64,000 nucleotides of DNA from Sedimentisphaerales bacterium (GCA_963663805.2 CAXXMR010000011.1:32001-96000), one strand, 5' to 3'. Counted from the stretch's first letter, positions 10,133 to 21,291 are shown. The notes: generated by a model not told the origin, from the letters alone. Numbers and translations are program-made.

Positions 10133-12877
10133 TCACCACTGCAAATCATCACGATACCAGTAAAGTACCCGCCCCAGTTCCTCACCTGAAATCAGGTCGA
10201 GTTGACCGTCATTATTCAAATCTGTGGGCCAAACCGAAAGATTATGCGTCCCCACCTTTATTACATCACCGTTTTTCAGCTTAATCAACACCGGATTCTG
10301 GAAAATCGGCTCGGTCGCAGTACCGATATTCTTCATGAAGTACATGCCAGCGTGCGGCACCATCTCACCCACGTGATACCGCGAACCGGAATGGGTGCCA
10401 TAAAGCACATCCCACACCCCATCGCCGTCCCAGTCGGCTACAGCCTTTTTAGTCCTGCCCCAAAAACCGTCATAAGGACCACAAAGCCGGAATGGTTTGC
10501 CTTTATGATTAACCATCTTCACACTACGAGAAATTTGACTTGAACCTTTGCTCTCAGGAACCGCCACTGCAAGCTGACCATCCGCGTCCAGATAGAGCAT
10601 ACACGCCCGGTCGTCCCCGGCAAAGCCTGTCTCGCCCGGTATAATTGCCGGTCGTGAGCGCCAGGCGATGGGCAGTTGTTTGCCGTTCATCGTAAAGACG
10701 GCAGATTTCACTTTCAAAGTATCACCCGTCCGACGATGCAGATAAACATTCGCTGAACTGTCATTGCTTATCATCTCAAGCTTGCCATCGCCGTCCCAGT
10801 CACCTATTGTCGGCTGAGTATAGCCCCAACGCTGCTCAAACGGCCCCTGGATGCTCTTATGCAAACCCGGCACAAAACGTATAATCCCGTCATCATTGAA
10901 AAACGGATTCGCTGAGTCATAAACCAGCGGGTCAGCGGTACCTCTGGCAAGCCACAAATAACCGCTGGCATCACCCATCACAATATCTTCGTAGCCATCC
11001 CCATCCCAGTCACCCCGACAAGGCGTCGTAAGCGTATCCGCCGCTACGTATCCACCCAGCTCACAGAACGAACCCATATCACGAAACTGCCCCACCGCCG
11101 AACCTTTCAGCAAGGTTATCCGCCCATCGGCGCCAGAACGCATAACGACCTCAAGCTCGTCATCGCCGTCCATATTACCTGCGAAAATAAACACCGCCAG
11201 ATGTGTACTATCGACGATTTTACCCGTCGCTAAAAACGGCTGGGGCTTACCCACGCACAAACCGCCATCGAAGGTCAATACCTTCAAAGCACACACTGTA
11301 TTGGTGTCACCCGTCGTGATAATATACTTTTCACCGTCAATTTCCAGAAAAGCGTTACTGGAATCAGCCCGCCAAGTGTACCATTGCAGCGGGTAATGAT
11401 CCAGCCCCTGAAAAACCTTGTTCATTTTGGCAAAACACAGCCGCCCTTCCGAATCATAATAACCCTTGGCCCAATGTACCACGCTTTTGAGACGATTACC
11501 CAGCCAGTTACCGTCAATGTCATAACCTTCGGCAGGCCCCACATTTTCATAGTCATCGCTCGGCCCCATATCAGGCTGGTCAGAGCTGGACCACGGCCCT
11601 TTGGTCGTAGGATAATAATTAAACTTCAAACGCCGATTATAGACACTCATCAACAGGTCAACCACCCCGTCACCATCTATATCAGCAACGAAATTAGTAC
11701 TATCATATTTCGGGCGGTACTTCATCGGAATTTCATAGCTGTGGCTATAATCCGCCTTTCCAGGCTGACCGTTATTGACATAATATATCATATTCGGCAC
11801 ATCAATTAAATCATATTGCCCGTCCTTGTTTTTAATCGCGGTGTAATAGCCTTGTGTTTCCGGTCGATTGAATTCACATCCTCCGTCATAAACATAATTA
11901 CCCGCCAAAGAAGGATATCCCTGCCGCTGATCATTGTTTTTAACAAACTTATGTAATGCCGAATTCATCCGTGCATAATCATTACCCCTATCGCTGGTGA
12001 TAACCACATCCATCACATCGCCACTGGTTATCGGCAAAATACTGACCTCCGAAAAGCCCGTATTCAACGGATGCAGCGCATCATCAGCGAACCGCAAAAC
12101 CTTATGATAAGTCGGCTCAGGATTTAGTTTCTTTTCCATCCCCGCAAAGGGCAGTGCCTCTGCCAGGGAAGATGTCAGCTTAATCTCATCAATCCGCAAA
12201 ACCCCGCCATTTTTACTAATCACGTAACCGATAGACTCAGCCACACTGTCAACCTCATTTTCGCATCTGGCCATCCATTTTTCCGGCTCGACTGTCGGCA
12301 GTTTATCCAGTTCATAAACCGAAGCACAAAGTACATCATTCTCGCCCTCAGGTGCCGCCACCAGCTTACCCAGCAAAAAATAAGTTTTGTTCAAATCGTA
12401 ACTAAAATCACTGGGAACCTCTTTTCCACCCAATACCAGCCTGAGTTTTTCGTCACTGCCGGCCTGAATCGACCATACTGTCCCATCTTGGTTTTTCATG
12501 CGGACAAAATCAACCATCTCACTTCCCAGTGTATTTTGTTCGTCATCGCGTCTAAAAAAACAACTGAAATAATACGTCATCTCAACCGCCGGATTCAGCG
12601 GCAGCTTTATACTCCGTTCCATTTCACCGGCCCGCAGGGCATGGGCTGAGCCTATCACCGCTGAAGCATCCAGCCCCAGCTCCAAAGCCGCGACCTGCTC
12701 CATAAACGCTTCTTTATCTAACGCCTTGCTCCGCCACGCCCCGCCCAGACCAATTCCACCGTACTCACCCGAAACAGCTTTGCCATCAGCAAAATCAAAA
12801 CCCTGATAAATATAAACATTGCCATAACCGCAACTGACCATTACTGCCATCAATACTGCCCAAAACCATTTTGTCAT
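10133..12877 (-). CDS. Secreted FG-GAP/VCBS repeat beta-propeller protein
   Basis: Signal peptide; repeats DIDGDGVVDLL, DWDGDGYEDIV, DWDGDGKLEMI, DWDGDGVWDVL, DLNNDGQLDLI. Confidence 0.85.
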   Translation of the reverse strand: MTKWFWAVLMAVMVSCGYGNVYIYQGFDFADGKAVSGEYGGIGLGGAWRSKALDKEAFMEQVAALELGLDASAVIGSAHALRAGEMERSIKLPLNPAVEMTYYFSCFFRRDDEQNTLGSEMVDFVRMKNQDGTVWSIQAGSDEKLRLVLGGKEVPSDFSYDLNKTYFLLGKLVAAPEGENDVLCASVYELDKLPTVEPEKWMARCENEVDSVAESIGYVISKNGGVLRIDEIKLTSSLAEALPFAGMEKKLNPEPTYHKVLRFADDALHPLNTGFSEVSILPITSGDVMDVVITSDRGNDYARMNSALHKFVKNNDQRQGYPSLAGNYVYDGGCEFNRPETQGYYTAIKNKDGQYDLIDVPNMIYYVNNGQPGKADYSHSYEIPMKYRPKYDSTNFVADIDGDGVVDLLMSVYNRRLKFNYYPTTKGPWSSSDQPDMGPSDDYENVGPAEGYDIDGNWLGNRLKSVVHWAKGYYDSEGRLCFAKMNKVFQGLDHYPLQWYTWRADSSNAFLEIDGEKYIITTGDTNTVCALKVLTFDGGLCVGKPQPFLATGKIVDSTHLAVFIFAGNMDGDDELEVVMRSGADGRITLLKGSAVGQFRDMGSFCELGGYVAADTLTTPCRGDWDGDGYEDIVMGDASGYLWLARGTADPLVYDSANPFFNDDGIIRFVPGLHKSIQGPFEQRWGYTQPTIGDWDGDGKLEMISNDSSANVYLHRRTGDTLKVKSAVFTMNGKQLPIAWRSRPAIIPGETGFAGDDRACMLYLDADGQLAVAVPESKGSSQISRSVKMVNHKGKPFRLCGPYDGFWGRTKKAVADWDGDGVWDVLYGTHSGSRYHVGEMVPHAGMYFMKNIGTATEPIFQNPVLIKLKNGDVIKVGTHNLSVWPTDLNNDGQLDLISGEELGRVLYWYRDDLQW

Positions 12878-12892
12878 TTTAATTCTCCGTAG

Positions 12893-14266
12893 TTACTTTC
12901 GTTGCCAGGGCACTCTGCCAATATCATTTACGTGATTCTGAAGAACTCCAAAAAGCGTCTGATACATTTCATGCGATTCAGGTAAAGCCTTCACCTCGCC
13001 GGGGTCCTCCCGAAGATTGTAAAGCCGAAAACGCTCAAACGGTGTATTCTGCAACAGTTTCCAGTCACCATAGCGTACGGCATAATATTCCTGACCGCCA
13101 TAAGGCTCACCACCCTCACGGCACACCCAGAACAGGTATCGTTTATCAGGTATCGTACTATTGCTCCCTTTCAGTGATTGCAGAAAACTCATCCCGTCAA
13201 TATCGCCGGGCACTTTCACTCCGGCAGCTTCACAAGCCGTAGGGAATATATCCATCGTCAAAGCCACTTCATCACAATTGCGTGAGCCAGCCTTTATTGT
13301 ACCAGGCCATACAGCACACATGGGCACCTTTATCCCACCCTCATACATAGTCCCCTTGCCACCGTTAAGTTTGCCATTGTTGGCTCCGATACCCAATTGA
13401 CCACCATTGTCAGAAACAAAAACCATCAGAGTGTGCTCACTAATTCCGCAGGAGTTGACCGCTGCGACAACCTGGCCTATACCATCATCCATATGCTCTA
13501 TCAAAGCCACAAGCATGGCACGTTCACCATCTATTTGCGGCTCGCGCTCTTTCACCCGTTCCAGCCAGTCCCCACGCGGCTGAATGGGAGTATGCGGTGC
13601 GTTATAAGCCAGATATAAAAAGAACGGCTTGTCCTTTTTAGCCTGCCCTTTGATATAATCCACCGACCATTGAGTAAACAAATCGGTCGCGTGCCCTTCC
13701 GGGTCGATAGTCTCGCTATCACGACGCATATAATTAATATTGTCGCGTATGTGAGTAAAATAATCATCCATCATATCGCCCAGAAAACCATGGAAATAAT
13801 CAAAACCACGTCGATTGGGCAAATCCTGCTCTCGTATCCCCAGATGCCACTTGCCAATTGCCGCGGTATCATAGCCTGCTTTCTTGAGAACTTCAGAAAG
13901 CAAAACCGCTTCGCTGCTCAAACATCCCCAACTCTTGCTGCGGTCCGTACGAATTACTCCAGGCACTCCCACTCTGTCAGGATAACAGCCGCTCAATAAC
14001 GCCGCACGCGTCGGTGAACATACCGGACTATTGGAATAAAAATTATCCCACCGCATTCCTGCGTCCATCATACTATCCACACAAGGCGTCCGCAGGTCCG
14101 ATCCGCCATAACATGACAAATCACCATAACCCAGATCATCAACCAGAATAACGATAATATTAGGCCGAACCGAACCATTCGAGCTGTGCGATTCCGCCCA
14201 CAGCTTTTGCATACTCCCGGCAAACGTAAACATAGCAGCCGTCTTGACAAAATCGCGACGCAACAT
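12893..14266 (-). CDS. Formylglycine-dependent sulfatase (S1), Tat-exported
   Basis: RRDFVK Tat motif; PNIIVILVDDLGYGD; CSPTRAALLSG; GKWHLG; SDNG. Confidence 0.95.
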   Translation of the reverse strand: MLRRDFVKTAAMFTFAGSMQKLWAESHSSNGSVRPNIIVILVDDLGYGDLSCYGGSDLRTPCVDSMMDAGMRWDNFYSNSPVCSPTRAALLSGCYPDRVGVPGVIRTDRSKSWGCLSSEAVLLSEVLKKAGYDTAAIGKWHLGIREQDLPNRRGFDYFHGFLGDMMDDYFTHIRDNINYMRRDSETIDPEGHATDLFTQWSVDYIKGQAKKDKPFFLYLAYNAPHTPIQPRGDWLERVKEREPQIDGERAMLVALIEHMDDGIGQVVAAVNSCGISEHTLMVFVSDNGGQLGIGANNGKLNGGKGTMYEGGIKVPMCAVWPGTIKAGSRNCDEVALTMDIFPTACEAAGVKVPGDIDGMSFLQSLKGSNSTIPDKRYLFWVCREGGEPYGGQEYYAVRYGDWKLLQNTPFERFRLYNLREDPGEVKALPESHEMYQTLFGVLQNHVNDIGRVPWQRK

Positions 14267-14356
14267 ACGAATTCTCCTTGAAATGCCATATCGAACGAAG
14301 ACTATTCAATACACCATCCCCCGCCAGATTGTCAACCGTCAATATTCAATTTGTCG

Positions 14357-16393
14357 CTAATTAAAAATTGCGACACAATCGCTGGCGTAAGGCTGCGTAC
14401 AGACCAGCCAATCTTCCAGAAACAGCCCGAAATCCATCATATCTACATAGCAGTCCTGATTGAAATCCATCGTCGCATAACCCCACTGGCCACACGGTGC
14501 CAAATACTGCATATAGTTCTCCAGCCGATGGAATGTGATGCGGTTGGAATTATGATAAGTCTCTCCGCCATCGTAGGATGTCCGGGTGATAAAAATTATA
14601 TCGTCACCGTGAAATTCCCAAACTACATATTGGAACCCGATATCTTCCAGCGAATCCTGCCAGCTCATCGCCGAATTATCCTGAATAATCGTCTTGATAT
14701 GCGTCCAGTTCCGCAAATCATCCGAAGCTATCAGCGAAAGCGTATTACGCTGCATCGCCCGGCTTGGGTCGGTATTGTTATTCACCAAAGCTAGATATTT
14801 ACCTGTGGCCGGCTCACGCTGAATATGGAATTTGTTTCTGCCTCCGGGCATATCAATCAAACCCGTGGCAGGGTCATAGCTCAGCGTCGTATTATCCGCA
14901 CTCAACGTAAGAATCGCCGCGTAATTAACATCCGGGTCCGAATGAAAACGTATCACATCCACAACCGTACCATCCGGTGCCTGCACCGCGTTACCTTCCA
15001 GCCAGCCCGGACCGTCACAGGTCATCCCCGGATACAACCATTCCGGCTCAAAATGCACCTCGTTAGTTATTGTCCAGTTTGCCGCGTTGAGCAAATCTGA
15101 ATTCTGGTCCGCAGAAACCATCACTGCCGAGAACTGATCCGCCCAACTGCTCGCCGGTTTGTGTCGAGCCTCAAAAGCCCGATATATCCTGCTATTAGCG
15201 AACAAAACCGGTACCGCCGCACCACCGTAAAAATGTGTGTCCGGGTCTGCCGCTTCAAACAGCAAGCCATTGGTACTGTTCGTCGGCGTGGTCCAGGTCA
15301 AACCATAATTATAACTTCGGGCGATAGTGATATCCCACGTGCCCGGCCGCTCACCCAGCAAATACAAAGCGCCGTTATGCTCAAACAAACTTCCGCCCAC
15401 CACATCGGCAACCTGTGCCCGATACGCCCAGTGCTCACCTTCATCGTAAGAAATTTTGATTATCGCCTCACCCACCACCGGCTTATTCGTACCGAAATAA
15501 CCATGTGTAGCGACCATTACCCCGTTATCAAAACGATGTATCGATGGGTCGCCCAGAAAAAGCCCTTCGGTCCCGCCGTTATTGGTTAGCTCACTTACCC
15601 AAAGTTGAGCCGGCCCTGCCGGGTTACCCGCGTTGTAATGCTCCAATATCTCTGCGGCACTTAGTTCACGGTTATAAATCGCCAACTCATCAATAAACCC
15701 CCGATAAGGTGCCTCATAATTAGGCGTACGGCCGATCTGGTCGGTCTGTGTCGGCACACCATAAACATAACTGCTGCTGCCGAAACTTATACTCCGCGTC
15801 GAAACCAGCACCCCGTCATAATAAAACTTCACCATATCATACGCGTAATTTATCACACAAACCAGATGCACCCACTCATCGACCACACTGAAATCCGCCC
15901 TCACCGTCGCATATGAATCAGTCGCGATACTCCGTGCGCCTACGGCAATATAATTGTATCCACCGTTACTATAAACCGCCACGTCAATCCCGGCACTGGC
16001 ATTATTAATCCGCGTCGCGAATATCCGCTGCGTCAAAGTCTCATCCGAAAAGAAACTATTACGTATCCACGCTTCAAAAGTTACCGCAGCAGCACCGTCA
16101 ATCAGCGGGCCAAGATCATTGCCAATATCAATCCCCGCCTTATAACCGTTAAACCAGCAGGCCGTCTGGTCAATCCCGGCCCCAACGACCATCGCATCAT
16201 CATGATAAATCGACAACGAAATATTCCCCGTCATTTCCCTCGCCGTCATCCCGTCATTGCACCACGCATCATCGAACCGCCACCAAGCCACCGGCCCATC
16301 CTCTGCAACTACCGACGCATAATCAGCCCACAACCCACCTGTCAGCCCCAATACCAAAACCAGTCCAAAAAAATATCTGCTTAGTGACAACAT
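14357..16393 (-). CDS. Secreted LamG + sialidase/BNR-type propeller protein with C-terminal dockerin-like tail
   Basis: GPVAWWRFDD, TFEAW, IDELAIYNRELS; Asp-boxes SYDEGEHW, SYNYGLTW, SDDLRNW; WLEGNAV; tail DFNQDCYVDMMDFGLFLEDWLVC. Start chosen by AGGAG RBS. Confidence 0.8.
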   Translation of the reverse strand: MLSLSRYFFGLVLVLGLTGGLWADYASVVAEDGPVAWWRFDDAWCNDGMTAREMTGNISLSIYHDDAMVVGAGIDQTACWFNGYKAGIDIGNDLGPLIDGAAAVTFEAWIRNSFFSDETLTQRIFATRINNASAGIDVAVYSNGGYNYIAVGARSIATDSYATVRADFSVVDEWVHLVCVINYAYDMVKFYYDGVLVSTRSISFGSSSYVYGVPTQTDQIGRTPNYEAPYRGFIDELAIYNRELSAAEILEHYNAGNPAGPAQLWVSELTNNGGTEGLFLGDPSIHRFDNGVMVATHGYFGTNKPVVGEAIIKISYDEGEHWAYRAQVADVVGGSLFEHNGALYLLGERPGTWDITIARSYNYGLTWTTPTNSTNGLLFEAADPDTHFYGGAAVPVLFANSRIYRAFEARHKPASSWADQFSAVMVSADQNSDLLNAANWTITNEVHFEPEWLYPGMTCDGPGWLEGNAVQAPDGTVVDVIRFHSDPDVNYAAILTLSADNTTLSYDPATGLIDMPGGRNKFHIQREPATGKYLALVNNNTDPSRAMQRNTLSLIASDDLRNWTHIKTIIQDNSAMSWQDSLEDIGFQYVVWEFHGDDIIFITRTSYDGGETYHNSNRITFHRLENYMQYLAPCGQWGYATMDFNQDCYVDMMDFGLFLEDWLVCTQPYASDCVAIFN

Positions 16394-16415
16394 CCACATT
16401 CTCCTGAATAACAAA

Positions 16416-17540
16416 TCAATACTTCCCATAAGTCCGGGCCGTCTCAACCAAAGCCCGGATATTCTCATCCGGCGTATCCCTGCTGCACTGGTCACCCGTC
16501 GATAATATAAACCCACCCCCCGCCGCGGCGTCATCGATCGCCCTCTTCGCTGCCGTCACCACATCATCCACACTGCCTTGCAGCATCACCGAAGTTGTAT
16601 GCAGATTACCCTTGAGAACAATCCTGTCGCCATACAACTTTTTCAACTCTGCTAAATCGCAATTTCCCATAGGTGCTATTTCCAACGGGTCAATAGCCGT
16701 GAGGTCAGTTTCCTCTACCGCCAAACGCACAAGCTCTTTTTCCGGCCCGCACGAATGAACATGTGTTGCGATACCCAGCTCCGCTGCCAAACGCGTCGTC
16801 TCCTTCAATATCGGTAGAATGAGTTCCTTGAATATCGCCGGTGTCTGCCAGATAAGACTGCCCGAAGCACCACAGAACAGAAAATCCGGCTTTACCTCTA
16901 AGGCCGAAATAACTTTCATACGCCCCCGCACCCGCTCCAGCATTTCTGCTGCCAGTTCATGAAACTTGACCGGGTTATCATAATACTCGTAAATATCGTC
17001 GGGTCCTTGAAACAAACACGTCTTCATCCCCGAAGGCATACCAACCACTCCGTGATTGCCCATCTCCGCCCGCACCAGATTCCAAAGCTCCATCCCGCTC
17101 GGCCAATCTTTAACACCTTCGACGGCCTCCCACTTCTCCGGCGTCGCCTTGAGCCCCACCGTTTCGGGCTTGACCAGCTCTGCCGGCGGATTATCTGCCG
17201 TATGCACCTTGACAAATCGATCCCAACTGTCATTCTCAGGAAAATAATCCTGCGTCACAAAACTACCGTCATCATTTCGCTTCACAATTCGCGGCACCCG
17301 CTCCGGCTCATCGCCGAACAAATTCCCGAAACTGTAAACCTCAAACCCCCCATCAATATCAAAATACTTAACCGCGTCGATATAAGCCTTCCACAGCGGC
17401 GGATCCTGATGAACATAAATATCCCAGAATGGCTTACCCGTCAGCCGCGCCGGAATCATATTGGAAATATCCGGACATACCGGCACAAAATCAGGAATCC
17501 GACCTTGCAGAACCGCCAATATTCTTTCCCGGAAATTCAT
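16416..17540 (-). CDS. Uroporphyrinogen decarboxylase / MtaA-CmuA methyltransferase family protein
   Basis: RERILAVLQGRIPDFVPV N-terminus; HSCG; DPLE; LKGNL; GGGFILSTGDQ...TPDENIRALVETAR. Confidence 0.85.
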   Translation of the reverse strand: MNFRERILAVLQGRIPDFVPVCPDISNMIPARLTGKPFWDIYVHQDPPLWKAYIDAVKYFDIDGGFEVYSFGNLFGDEPERVPRIVKRNDDGSFVTQDYFPENDSWDRFVKVHTADNPPAELVKPETVGLKATPEKWEAVEGVKDWPSGMELWNLVRAEMGNHGVVGMPSGMKTCLFQGPDDIYEYYDNPVKFHELAAEMLERVRGRMKVISALEVKPDFLFCGASGSLIWQTPAIFKELILPILKETTRLAAELGIATHVHSCGPEKELVRLAVEETDLTAIDPLEIAPMGNCDLAELKKLYGDRIVLKGNLHTTSVMLQGSVDDVVTAAKRAIDDAAAGGGFILSTGDQCSRDTPDENIRALVETARTYGKY

Positions 17541-17570
17541 CTATGAAACCCTAACCCAAACTGCTCAGTA

Positions 17571-19034
17571 CTATTTTCCCTTACGCCGTCTGTTCTTCTT
17601 AACCTGATCAATCGGTATCTTCGCGGCGAGTTCCTTTTTAATATCCTCATATTCAGGCCTGCCTGCCAAATTATCCCATTCATAGGGGTCCTTCAGATGA
17701 TCGTACAATTCCTCACTGCCATCATCATAGCGAATGTAGCGACAATTACGCGTCCGTATGCAGTTTATATTCTGAGCAAAACTCGTAATCGTGTACCGCC
17801 CAAAATCTTTATCCGGTTCCGCCAACAGTGGCGTCATACTCGCACCGTCCATTTTGCCCGCCTTGCTCAGTCCGCACAAATCTATCAAGGTCGGATAAAT
17901 ATCTATCAAACCCACCGGCTCACCACAACGCTTACCACCCTTAATACCTGGACCCGCTATCATCATCGGCACCCGAGTCGCTTCCTCCCATAGCGTATAC
18001 TTCGACCAGTTCTTCTTCTCACCCTTATGAATCCCGTGATCAGTAAACAGCACTATTATCGTATTATCCCTATATTTGCTGCTGTCCAAAGCATCCAGAA
18101 CCTGCCCCAGACAGTCGTCAACATAAGAGACACAAGCCAGATAAGACTGCACACAACGCCGGACCTTACCGTACTTCTTATATGCCTCATCCGGCTTCCA
18201 GTGCCAATTGATAGTACCCAGCGACTTGGCCGCGTCGGGAATATCATCCCAGTCATCTTCCTTGACTACCGGCAGAGTAATCTCATCTATCGGATAAATA
18301 TCAAAATATTTCTGCGGCGCATACAAAGGCACATGAGGCTTCTTACAGCCCCAGGCCAGAAAAAACGGCTCTGGCAATTTATCAGATTTCAATCTCTCCG
18401 CCACCCAGCCCGAAGTCTTCCAGTCACCCGTTTCCTCATTATCGACCGGAATACAGCCAAAATCATTACCCCACGCCTTTTCATCAACCGGCAAACCATT
18501 CAGCGGCATCCTCTCCACCGGCGGCTCATAAGTTGACGGATTGGGCGTATCCAGCGCCGGCCAATATTCATCCCAACACGCCGGCTCATGGTCAGACTCA
18601 TGGAATATCTTGCCCGTTCCCGTAACAAAATAACCGTTATCACGAAAATGACGAGGCAGCAGCACCGCATCTTTTAGAACCTTAGAATCACGCAGACTAT
18701 GATAATTTTTATATACCCCCGTCACATAAGGCGCCCTGCCCGATAATAACGCCGTCCGCGAAGGAGCACACATCGGGTCCGAACAGTGAGCATTGGTAAA
18801 CAGTATCCCCCGCGCCGCCAGTCGGTCGAAATTGGGAGTTTTAGCGTCCGGATGACCACTCATGCAGCCTATCCAGTCGTTAAGGTCGTCAATCGCCAGA
18901 AACAACACGTTGGGCTTCTTGGCACTCTCGGCTCCCTCCAGCCAACGCGAACTGCCCAAACACGCCAGAGATAAAACCCCGCACCGCTTCAAAAAATCCC
19001 GACGACCTTTCAAGCTGACATCCCGGTTAGACAT
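17571..19034 (-). CDS. Sulfatase (iduronate/choline sulfatase-like), Tat-exported
   Basis: RRDFLK; PNVLFLAIDDLND; CAPSRTALLSG; GKIFH; TDHG; KYTLWEEATRVP. Confidence 0.95.
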   Translation of the reverse strand: MSNRDVSLKGRRDFLKRCGVLSLACLGSSRWLEGAESAKKPNVLFLAIDDLNDWIGCMSGHPDAKTPNFDRLAARGILFTNAHCSDPMCAPSRTALLSGRAPYVTGVYKNYHSLRDSKVLKDAVLLPRHFRDNGYFVTGTGKIFHESDHEPACWDEYWPALDTPNPSTYEPPVERMPLNGLPVDEKAWGNDFGCIPVDNEETGDWKTSGWVAERLKSDKLPEPFFLAWGCKKPHVPLYAPQKYFDIYPIDEITLPVVKEDDWDDIPDAAKSLGTINWHWKPDEAYKKYGKVRRCVQSYLACVSYVDDCLGQVLDALDSSKYRDNTIIVLFTDHGIHKGEKKNWSKYTLWEEATRVPMMIAGPGIKGGKRCGEPVGLIDIYPTLIDLCGLSKAGKMDGASMTPLLAEPDKDFGRYTITSFAQNINCIRTRNCRYIRYDDGSEELYDHLKDPYEWDNLAGRPEYEDIKKELAAKIPIDQVKKNRRRKGK

Positions 19035-19064
19035 CCGGCAATCTCCTTACCCATTTAATTGTGA

Positions 19065-20111
19065 TTATTTCAATGCCGCCAGGATTTCCGCTAATTCAAT
19101 CTCGGCATAAGCGATACAAGTATCCGCCGCACCATAATAAAGTTTAACCATCCCGTTTTCAACCAGCGCCCCGCAATTAAATACCACATTACCAAAAAAT
19201 CCGTGAACCTCATAATCCGCTTCCGGCTCCAATATCGGCTTGGTCGTCCGCGCCAGCACCTTCCACGGCTCATCCGCATCCAGCAGCGCCGCCCCCAGAC
19301 AATAACGGTTATCATGGTCAGCCGCGTGATAAATCTCCAGCCAGCCACCGGCCACCCGGAAGGGCACCGCACTGCAACCCAGCCGACGCGACTCCCAGCC
19401 CCCCGGATTAACCGCCATTATTCGCCGATGATTACCCCAGCATACCAAATCTGGCGACTCCGCCAGCCATAATTCACGCTTGTCATATTCAGCCGAGGCC
19501 GCCCGGTGAAAAGCGTAATATTTCCCCTGGACCTGCTCTGGAAATATCGCCACATCCTTATTGTCAGGAGGAAAAATTACGCCATGCCGCGTGAAATTCT
19601 TAAAATCCTTCGTCGAAGCCAGACAGGTCGTAACCCCCAGCGGGGCACAGCAACTGTAATTCAAATAGTAAGTATCACCCATCAGAGTTATCCGGGGGTC
19701 TTCTATACCGAACATCTCATATTCGTTCGCCGGAACCATCGCCGGAGTATCTTCAATCTCAAAATTTATTCCGTCATTACTCCGTGCAACCCGAAAATGA
19801 GATATCGAAGTCAAATAAACTTCCTCACCCCGACGCACAAAACGAGAATCCGAAAAATCTACCAAACTATCCGACCGGTCAAACTCTTTCTTGATAATCT
19901 CACCGCTGGCAACATCAAAAATCGGCGAAATATATTTCTTGTCCGGCTCAGAGTTCTTGGGCACTTCCGCAACCCGCAAAAGCAGCAGAACATCACCCTC
20001 AAAACGCGTCACCCCCGCGTTAAACACACAAACCACCTCAAAATCCTCACGGGAAGGCTTGACATCTTTCGGCATAATCAACGGATTTTCCGCGGCACGT
20101 TTCACTTTCAT
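19065..20111 (-). CDS. Glycoside hydrolase family 130 (mannoside phosphorylase/hydrolase)
   Basis: VFNAGV, YLTSISHFRVARS, GIEDPRIT, PDNKDVAIFPE, NVVFNCG, YYGAADTCI. Confidence 0.9.
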   Translation of the reverse strand: MKVKRAAENPLIMPKDVKPSREDFEVVCVFNAGVTRFEGDVLLLLRVAEVPKNSEPDKKYISPIFDVASGEIIKKEFDRSDSLVDFSDSRFVRRGEEVYLTSISHFRVARSNDGINFEIEDTPAMVPANEYEMFGIEDPRITLMGDTYYLNYSCCAPLGVTTCLASTKDFKNFTRHGVIFPPDNKDVAIFPEQVQGKYYAFHRAASAEYDKRELWLAESPDLVCWGNHRRIMAVNPGGWESRRLGCSAVPFRVAGGWLEIYHAADHDNRYCLGAALLDADEPWKVLARTTKPILEPEADYEVHGFFGNVVFNCGALVENGMVKLYYGAADTCIAYAEIELAEILAALK

Positions 20112-20184
20112 ATAATCATCACCTCTAATTACCTTGTGGAGTTTTGCAAAATGTTCCATCTCCCCCATCAGCAATCTTCACCCC

Positions 20185-21192
20185 TTAAAGTTTAACCCCG
20201 CGTTTCCGCCCCGGTTTCTTCACCATGACTTCCTGCCCCCCTGCCGCGGCCAACACCTGGTGATACTGGTTCGCCCCATCCAGCACACTCTGCAACTGCC
20301 TGACCTGCTCATCCGTAACAGACTTGAGCCTCATCCGGCAGCGGGGTGTAATCTCAATTCCCCGCAGACCCATATAAGCCTTGGCGCTGGCTGGATAATT
20401 CTGGCCCCAGTCAACCTGATTCTCAAAATTATTCAAATACTGCTGCAAATCCTCAGCCCGTTCCGGATGCTTCAGGAAATTATCCCAGAACCAGACATAA
20501 AGTTCCGGACAGTAATTCGTACCCGTCCCGCAATAACCGTTCCCGCCCAGCCGAAAACTTGCCAGCAAAGTCTGCAAATTCGCGTTGAAAAACTTCAGCC
20601 GAGTCCCCTGACTAAGTTTGATCTTGGCACCAATCTCATCAATATCACAACTCGTGTCTTTGTGATAAACAAACCGTCCACTTTCAGCCATCCATTTATA
20701 CATCGGCAAAGTCAGCCGCCGTGCAAAAGGCATCGGAAACTCATAAGTCCCCAGCACCACATCATCGCCCACCGCCTCCAGAAACTCACGCAAACGCTCA
20801 TCCAGCAGCTCATCTGAATCGTCAGGTGCCACAAACTGATTCGGAGTAATCATCACCACATCCGCACCCAAATCCCAAATCTGCCGCGCAAAATCAGCCT
20901 TCGACTTCACATCGCCATCATAAACTATCGCCCCCGATATCACCGGCAGCCGACCCGCCGTACAGTCTATTACATGATGCGTAACATCCAGTATCTCCGC
21001 CCGGCTCATCGCCAGTATCTCACTGGAACCGCAGCACGTAAACAGTCCCGCCACACCGCTCTGGACATAATAATCTACCAGTCCGGCATAAGCCCTCATA
21101 TCGATACCGCCGTCACTGTCAAACGGGGTAATCATTACCACCCAAACACCATCGGGAACATCAGTTGCATGTCTCTTGTCACTCAAACCCAT
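20185..21192 (-). CDS. Dihydrodipicolinate synthase / class I aldolase family protein
   Basis: GVWVVMITPF, GVAGLFTCCGSSE, YEFPMPF, Schiff-base YHKDTS. Confidence 0.88.
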   Translation of the reverse strand: MGLSDKRHATDVPDGVWVVMITPFDSDGGIDMRAYAGLVDYYVQSGVAGLFTCCGSSEILAMSRAEILDVTHHVIDCTAGRLPVISGAIVYDGDVKSKADFARQIWDLGADVVMITPNQFVAPDDSDELLDERLREFLEAVGDDVVLGTYEFPMPFARRLTLPMYKWMAESGRFVYHKDTSCDIDEIGAKIKLSQGTRLKFFNANLQTLLASFRLGGNGYCGTGTNYCPELYVWFWDNFLKHPERAEDLQQYLNNFENQVDWGQNYPASAKAYMGLRGIEITPRCRMRLKSVTDEQVRQLQSVLDGANQYHQVLAAAGGQEVMVKKPGRKRGVKL

Positions 21193-21242
21193 AAAATAAC
21201 CCCATAGCGGCCCCAAAAAAAATTACTTCTTCTTCAAAATGT

Positions 21243-21272
21243 GCGGGATGGCAATTTTACTCACCATCCCGC
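21243..21272 (-). terminator. Hairpin, probable terminator, between the dockerin-protein gene and the aldolase gene
   Basis: GCGGGATGG-loop-CCATCCCGC, followed by ACATTTT on the minus strand. Confidence 0.5.
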
Positions 21273-21291
21273 CCCAAATAACAAATCAAAA

